A DNA stretch of 64,000 nucleotides, from contig JBCCQY010000004.1 in the NCBI GenBank assembly GCA_039208735.1, positions 32,001-96,000 of the forward strand. Direction: 5' to 3'. The notes under the pieces were generated by a model. The model had not been told where the DNA came from and did no database searches. It saw nothing but the letters and a program-made list of their open reading frames with translations. Positions 59,401 to 64,000 of the stretch are shown here, in pieces. The translations under genes and the position numbers were made by a program. The first letter of the stretch is position 1. Each line of letters opens with the position of its first letter. The DNA is from Myxococcota bacterium (lineage in GTDB: Bacteria > Myxococcota_A > UBA796 > GCA-2862545).

Positions 59401-62400
59401 TGAAACCGTTGATGGTGTCGTGACACTGGATTACGACCACCTGGATCGGATTGTTCAGCGGCGGTACGGAAATCCGTCAAGTCCAGATCAAAGCGAGCAC
59501 TTTACTTATGATGGAACCTCCGAGCGAATCACGGGAACGGCGATTCATGCGAGCGGGCAGCCTCAGTCTCGGCAGTATCAGGTGGAGTTCGATAGCTGGG
59601 GCCGTGCCTGGCGAACCGTAGGTCCCACAGGGGTAGAAAACTTCACCTACTTGGATGTCATGGGCCGTCCACGCATCGCAGAAGATGGGACGGGCTACCA
59701 GCGGATCACTCGGTACGATGAACTTGGAGAGGTCGTCTTTGCGGAGTCGGCGGGCCGAAACACCCTCGCAACACAGAGGGTTCGGTCAGCCGGACAAACC
59801 GAAGTCATCACGACGCATGCGGATGGCACCCAGGAACGAGTGGAACTCGATTTTCTGGGACGACCCGTTCTTCAGTTGGACGCCGCCGGAGCGTCGAGAA
59901 CGTTCACGTACGACGGTACGCGGTTGGTCTCGACTCAGATGCAAGGTTCGAATGGCGACACGGTGCGGATGGAGTTTGGATATGACGCTCATGGGCGTCA
60001 GAATCTAGAAGAAGGTCCGTTCGATCCGACCGTTGCGAATCCCCTGAAGCCAAGGACGACCTATACGTATACCGCGGCTGGTCGCCAGGACACCGTTTCT
60101 TCGGATGGAATGGAAACGGACTTCGACTATGGCACGCTAGATGGCCTGCCCACTTTCGAGTCGTACTTTGGATTGGAGCAGGAAACAACGTATACGTCCA
60201 CCACGTGGGGTCTTGGTCCGCAGGTGGATGTTGTGGAGGTCCGGCCGACCGGCACGACCGATGAACGAACGACGACGTTTGACTACGATCATCGGGGCCG
60301 AGTGACATCCACCTTGGTTCAGGTGCCAAATGGAGACTCCGTTCTTCAGACCTCCCAGTTTGACGATTGGGGTCAGTTGGCGTCGACTCGGGCCGAAACC
60401 ACGACCTCTGGCGTCACCGACACCGTTGAAACATCCCTGACCTACGACACACTTGGTCGGCTGACGCGTCGTCGCTTGAGAGTCAACGGTACGAATGAGG
60501 GAATGACACGATTTGGGTACCTCGATAATAATCAGCTATCCTACTACATTACCCCCTCGGGCGAACGGATCGACTACAACTATGGTCCTACGTTCGATCA
60601 CGAAATCGACAGCATCACCCACGATGGGGCTGTACTGTTCACGGTGCTCACTCGTGACAACGTAGGTCGTCCCCTGACGGTGGAACTCGACTCCGGCAAC
60701 GTGGCGACTCAGACTTACGACGCTGTTGGGCGACCGATTGAACGGATCGAACGCAATGGGGCGCAGGTCGAGAAGCGCGTGCTGATGGCCTACGATGGTC
60801 TAGGGCGACCAATCTCGGAGGCCCAGACCATCCTTGGTCAAACACATACGAACACCTACACCTACTACGGTCCAGGCTACCTGAAGCGTGAGGTCGTCGG
60901 AGTGGATGGCTCCATCCATGAATACACGGTGGATGCCGCAGGTCAGCGCACGGCGACCGATGTGACGGTGGGTGGCGTCACCACAACGACCAACCTCACT
61001 TACGCGAATGGACTCCTGGCTACCGTAGGTGGGAATCCGATTGTTCGAGATCCTTGGCTCGGGATTGTCAATAATCACGATGGCACGACGATCGAGCGCG
61101 ACGCGTCGGGCGCGGTACGAAGGATTACCCGTGGCTTGTTGGGGCTAGAGCTTCTACGCGATGCACAGGGCCTCCCCGTTGGTCGTACGGTCGGCAGTTT
61201 CGGGCAACGGATCTCACACTGGAACCCAGGGAACCATGGTGCGCCGCCGCTGGAGGAGTCGTTACCGTCTGGCCAGTCGCTGGCCTTCGTTGAAGGTCCG
61301 GGAGCGACCCAACGTCTGTTGTTCAACGCGGCTGGGACGCTGATGCAATCCGCTACCCTGGATTACGATGCTTCGGGATCTGCGGCGAGCGAGGATTTGA
61401 GCGTCGTTCATCACGGAACCGTCTTTGGTGCGGGTGGTACTGCCGTTCCGACTACCGAGGACATCATCTCCTTTGCTGGAATGCAAGCGGTTCCTGGTTC
61501 GTCCTCATTGCACTTGGCGCGACATCGGCTCTATGACGCCCAAACCGGTCAGTTTGCATCGCCAGACCCCATTGGACTTGCAGGTGGGCGTCATCGGCTG
61601 TTGTATGCAAATGCCAATCCGGTGCAGTTCCAGGATCCTATCGGTTGGACGGCGGAGCCCTTCGAGGCCTTCTGTGAAGAAGGACCGAATCCGAACGCGG
61701 CGGTCGAAGAGCGGGAGCCGGTTCGTCGAGGCTTTGGTGCCGCCACCGTCGAACCACCGGAACCGGTCGAGTCGCCATCAGTCGAAGAAATGATTGGGAT
61801 GCCCGCTGCGGAATTACCGAATGCACCACTTTCCTTCACCCGCCCAATCCCCATGCACTGCTCCCCGTGGTCGGTTGGGTGCAAGGCTGAGAATCGGCGC
61901 AGAAAAGCCGATTGGGAGGCAAAGACGTATGTCAAGCCTGATGCGAAGGCTCGATCGGAGGCTCGGACGGCGGCGCGGGTAAATAGAGTCATTGAACGTA
62001 GGATAGCTCGCGCTGACGTTCGAGCTGAACGCAGGCACAAACCCCGCAAGGCACGGGCCGAAAAAAAGGTTGAGGGCTGGAGTGATGCCAAAGTGGCGGC
62101 CAAGAAGGCAAAGTTGGAAGCTCGACTGGAGGCTGGCACACTAGGCACACGAGGCCAATACTTGCTCGCGGGAGCGCAGGCGAAGTGGCTGGAAAACGTC
62201 AAGCAGGCATACGAAACGGTCATGTGGCACAACGTCCTGGCCGCGATGCTCCCATCTAGTTCCGCACTTTCGCAAGCGCTCACGGAGGCGATTGAAGCCA
62301 AGGCCATGGGGCCTACCGAAATTGTGAATCAGTACCGTTGGAACAGTCCGGACTTCAGCGGCGGTGGTGAAGCGGACGCTTTTGAAGGACATATCGGCTT

Positions 62401-63091
62401 TTCCGACCCGATAGCTGTTGAGGTTGAAGAAGTCGCATACCTGGGACTGACTGGGAATGCTACGGACAATACGTTCTTCGGCCCAATGGACATCATGGTC
62501 GGTGAGACGCCATCAATATGGTTGCCGCCCCGTACCTACCTAGGCATTTTAATTCAGCTGTCACAGGTGGAAGGTATCGAAGGCCTGGTCTATGACCGTT
62601 ATGGAGACAAGGACTGGCCGTTATTCACGGAGGAAGAAGCCGAGATAATCGAGCGGCTGGAAGAGTTGGGCTCCCACCCGTTCGATCTTGAGGGAGGTGA
62701 CTATTACGTTTACTACCATTGCTGTGATGACCTTGATCGACCAACGTATTGGGGGATAACAAGCCGGATTGGATGGCGAGTAAGCGAACATAAGGCCGAC
62801 TGGTCGAAGCCTGGTCCGTGGATGATTATCGCGACATATCCGGTCAGCGAAAGGACGGCCTTGACCATTGAGGCGAAAATGATTCGACTGCGAATTCGTG
62901 AGGCGATCGCCGCCGGATTTACGACGGAAAATCACTCAGTCAGGCATCAGTTGATCGCCGCTGGTTTGCTCAATAAGGATCGAGGGCTCGATCCGTCAAA
63001 GTGGAACTCTGCGACATTGCTCCACGTTCAGTGGAAGCAGGGACCCGTTTTCAATATCTCGAATCCTCAGTGGGACCTTATTGACGATTGA
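53420..63091 (+). CDS. Giant lipoprotein-anchored Rhs/YD-repeat toxin (TcB-TcC-like fusion) with GIY-YIG-like C-terminus
   Basis: Lipobox LAWVAAC; SpvB-like segment; FG-GAP repeats (DLNGDALDD, DVNSDGLAD, DFDGDGFAD); GFGGFG; many YD/FD..GR repeats; Rhs core PDPIGLAGG..YANANPVQFQDPIG; tip YVYYH..YWGIT..R..EH..E..LLN. Confidence 0.92.
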   Translation: MTGRVLLLAWVAACHTPSSKPNGPESLDTGSMDEARTHALAGPVDPTGALPALTGSLDSEDTGGGCTTLLEAGWTEDVFSGTFVADQDGLYRFQVERSDVLLTLMDRCGGDELVEAETGEAIELRLLAGEPIVVRTSETTGLWVEAVEHAPLTVPEVTERVERISTGGRTCVTPETVVSELSWTLRGDAGDQNLLGMTSACSGEVVDAIVFDAPRAGEYVFDTAGTEFPSGVSAHPDACTDELACSEWGFGAEADDGSLQLSLDKGQRIVLAIHRQDQPSARDGDGYLLNIDLLADREQDCLLHRDADGDGDIGCQDFDCTAEPQCAAERSYAESADPSCLGSAACRKDWSAARRGRVAARELADLGRIQDKRRKAGVERKTQVSQQTPPNSPEGDPPTPPTPNGSHTYAKVLSWAGPDRAAPEPEWVIDDYAAMYMGGYPISMAFEFPPAPNDLSPSVTVNHNHRSGSREVGQAFSLTVPGPVLRTSEDGQPANHTATDRYTFDGVEFVPTSRGYEPRRRDGRVAVHDTQDNSWVLYYPSGTQTIYGTMSVGGPTRGAKVSLYEHGGRVQPDNGIYPTDAAMDDSFDDCDRYDGELCNTVAWYPAVTLDPFGNAIQYYWRKAALPNSTPSTDAYWWSDSRTHVIDHIQYGENLRERVQFEWQTRDTQRLSFSLGVPQYRTERLQAIEATSDGVFFSRYEFSYTGDDYLDRVEQTGPGGNPRQLVQSFEYSPSEPVTYGTAQSFGGAPFDLDQSTDFDFQTWNDEEHWAALHVVDLNGDALDDLIVEWHDRAATNGADHFQGYTGTYGGFSAWSGDAEYKLNELTTGLKADIDGDGCADTIDVETNTWTNCENEDHPLGFDDILWSDWETETGFTYAATGEFAHRPWHLVDVNSDGLADLVLNTFMRWEEATTCENLTACDRWLPRSHDPQGGDPSALTNAIVSRIYWGDGYGGFVDSGLEAGGPPLLMEAPRPANDATVERDRTLYSFWSLIPLNRRFRHLVASRAPSPGGGSFDLGFSQYEGEFSGFALSPYQVTLTEAMGDGIADVQHTHDYQAPSQVLGIDRTHQGDSCHEEGKLVAFGDFDGDGFADLVQLDTTARGVPDLSVRHSELTKVPGRLSKITYPNGGTVDLTWGFSASPTHSNPDLRQNLEVLESVTGPKGTVELRYGKGYTGPDGFGGFGVVEVKQRGILERFGYFTTPALAGQSLFRARYRSDGSLEQAEVSVYGTEPANGPRFLSINHDSAGDGESFFNPLVRFCQFENADETRDVDELMEFCWGIGLDNDYQPSRSSIYAVAGLWPAPPEAENPSSTDPAALAAAAWDRQRVDLNHLEQEGFENRFVVDGDSSWLPTGLTFADLANPAPDDVSYAALRSTESYENQRPTEAASDNSTTAYVTSYSYDAAIQRPTWEYQYRDWLTDDDDGTTETIFGAVGHADWPFLFRLETKRNYYGIGPVAPRSSSSWSGWSANSAFSRPTFETNCGKVPGSCSQVTRSFASNGEPTGETRHYADTPSPTYTRTFTDWCRDLTITNPVGEQTVVTMDGRCRPTRMVDGAGETGLDYLDTFGTDVREEKLSGAPLEPGMPAGTVHIRTTSSPSESRIFNETLGVLTTERLDGYGRPIAVERCASSNGHSCSGPMTSAYRGYSTDGDLVISAPPAFAGEPVVATRSTFDGAGREIIRDDPAANADMPIEYVPTYTYHWPGRTIDRGVVSVSDTVVSRIEWSTMGSSTWVENDLVHQSIDNADGQPIEKTEDGITAVFGYDASGLLSRKSMADSATSVRPDDTLAPMQWEQRFEYNDAGQVKAIIQPDNTRVASLYDAMGRNLEQVIYDDVGVLVATLSSTTYSRDAAGRQVEFHTDISGGWTETTFDGQGRVIRKKNSLDHVTLFHAPVAGGNGRAIHRTIRLDGALELEEERVLDAFGNDVEAAVPGQGTTTRTFDGQGRLLTEVDADGARLVWNPVYAHNGELLQEQLGDWVTARHEYDLSGRLTRSETVDGVVTLDYDHLDRIVQRRYGNPSSPDQSEHFTYDGTSERITGTAIHASGQPQSRQYQVEFDSWGRAWRTVGPTGVENFTYLDVMGRPRIAEDGTGYQRITRYDELGEVVFAESAGRNTLATQRVRSAGQTEVITTHADGTQERVELDFLGRPVLQLDAAGASRTFTYDGTRLVSTQMQGSNGDTVRMEFGYDAHGRQNLEEGPFDPTVANPLKPRTTYTYTAAGRQDTVSSDGMETDFDYGTLDGLPTFESYFGLEQETTYTSTTWGLGPQVDVVEVRPTGTTDERTTTFDYDHRGRVTSTLVQVPNGDSVLQTSQFDDWGQLASTRAETTTSGVTDTVETSLTYDTLGRLTRRRLRVNGTNEGMTRFGYLDNNQLSYYITPSGERIDYNYGPTFDHEIDSITHDGAVLFTVLTRDNVGRPLTVELDSGNVATQTYDAVGRPIERIERNGAQVEKRVLMAYDGLGRPISEAQTILGQTHTNTYTYYGPGYLKREVVGVDGSIHEYTVDAAGQRTATDVTVGGVTTTTNLTYANGLLATVGGNPIVRDPWLGIVNNHDGTTIERDASGAVRRITRGLLGLELLRDAQGLPVGRTVGSFGQRISHWNPGNHGAPPLEESLPSGQSLAFVEGPGATQRLLFNAAGTLMQSATLDYDASGSAASEDLSVVHHGTVFGAGGTAVPTTEDIISFAGMQAVPGSSSLHLARHRLYDAQTGQFASPDPIGLAGGRHRLLYANANPVQFQDPIGWTAEPFEAFCEEGPNPNAAVEEREPVRRGFGAATVEPPEPVESPSVEEMIGMPAAELPNAPLSFTRPIPMHCSPWSVGCKAENRRRKADWEAKTYVKPDAKARSEARTAARVNRVIERRIARADVRAERRHKPRKARAEKKVEGWSDAKVAAKKAKLEARLEAGTLGTRGQYLLAGAQAKWLENVKQAYETVMWHNVLAAMLPSSSALSQALTEAIEAKAMGPTEIVNQYRWNSPDFSGGGEADAFEGHIGFSDPIAVEVEEVAYLGLTGNATDNTFFGPMDIMVGETPSIWLPPRTYLGILIQLSQVEGIEGLVYDRYGDKDWPLFTEEEAEIIERLEELGSHPFDLEGGDYYVYYHCCDDLDRPTYWGITSRIGWRVSEHKADWSKPGPWMIIATYPVSERTALTIEAKMIRLRIREAIAAGFTTENHSVRHQLIAAGLLNKDRGLDPSKWNSATLLHVQWKQGPVFNISNPQWDLIDD

Positions 63092-63347
63092 ACTGGCTTA
63101 CTAGGGGAACGCTAGATTCAGTGGAGTCCAGCTATTGAGGTAGGGCCCAAGGCGACCATGAAGTGGTGCTTCTGTCGAGCCTTGGGTCCTTTGGTGTTGG
63201 CTCTAAGGCTTCAACGAAAGCTGGACAACTTGGTGTCCATGATTGGAAGCTGAAATCTGGTCCCTGACGGCGAACGGGTCGGGCTCGAGCACGTCGTCGA
63301 AAACTACCCCCGTGCGGCCCGCTGGGCTCACTTATGTTAGGATTCCA

Positions 63348-63434
63348 CTCACGTTGCGCTTCGTGAAGCCGCAGTGCGTCTCGGACCACCTCGCTCATCG
63401 ACCTGAAGGAGCCGGACTCCACAAGCGAGTCCAG
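63348..63434 (-). pseudogene. ParD-like (ribbon-helix-helix) antitoxin fragment
   Basis: LDSLVESGSFRSMSEVVRDALRLHEAQRE matches the LV.SG.Y.S.SEVVR.ALR pattern. No N-terminal strand and no ParE partner. Confidence 0.6.
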
Positions 63435-64000
63435 CGGACGCCGTAGGGCTTCCAGCAATCTCCATTACCCGTTGATGCCGTCCACAATCGATCGCGGCCA
63501 CGGGTTCTGTCCAGAACGCAGTGCTGAGGGCGCTGCGTACATGAACGGCACGTTGGTGACCGAGGTGGTGGTCTCATTTGTGTTGAATGGAAGATGCGGG
63601 CCGACGCCTTGGTGGGTTTCAGGGTGAGCTGTCGTGCATCCAAAGGCGGTGACCAGAACGGTGAACTCGAAGCGTTCGAGTTGAGCACCTCTTAGATTTG
63701 GGTCCGACCGGTGACCGCCTCTTCGGCGGCCTGAAGGAACGTTCGCCCATCAACGAGGAGGACGTTGCCGCTGCGCGGACTCGCGAGCCCGAGTTTGAGA
63801 GCGGCCGGGACTGCGAGGGTCCTGCGGGTCAATCTCCCAACGCATCGCGACCGGCGGGTTCAGGAACGCCAGCGGCTCCGCGGCAGGGTTGATCGTTCCC
63901 TGGCCGGAGGCCTGCCCGCGGGGCCACCATTGGCGAAGGAGGGGACTCCGGCCGAACGCGTTGGCCGGACAACCCGCCAAGGGCTTCTTCCATCATTGAT

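Overview
This is a GC-rich, densely coding bacterial window, most likely from a Myxococcota-like (deltaproteobacterial) genome. That assignment is an inference from MopE-like and myxobacterial Cys-rich repeats, an ActC/ActD-like caspase module and many lipoproteins. The backbone is housekeeping: proS, sdhCAB, a sirtuin, tkt, PBP1B, ruvCAB, a GH57/GalT alpha-glucan operon, an ABC exporter pair and a two-component pair. Three systems stand out. (1) A DTE-type xanthorhodopsin/Gloeobacter-like proton-pumping rhodopsin forms a terminator-bounded unit with a 71-aa membrane protein. It lies directly downstream of a B12-independent, class III LitR-like MerR photoregulator, which itself follows sdhB. 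(2) An ECF sigma factor, a membrane anti-sigma, a caspase-like protease/beta-barrel fusion and two lipoproteins form one operon. It is divergent from an extremely Asp-rich repeat lipoprotein, and both directions carry the same 30-bp ECF-like promoter (TGTCCG-N16-GCATTGAG). (3) A 3223-aa lipoprotein-anchored TcB/TcC-like Rhs toxin ends in a GIY-YIG-like tip and has no evident immunity gene. It is flanked by debris: a group II intron domain V-VI remnant, a Cys-rich repeat remnant and a ParD-like remnant. No rRNA, tRNA, CRISPR array or intact transposase was recognised. All calls come from reading motifs by eye; no database searches were run.
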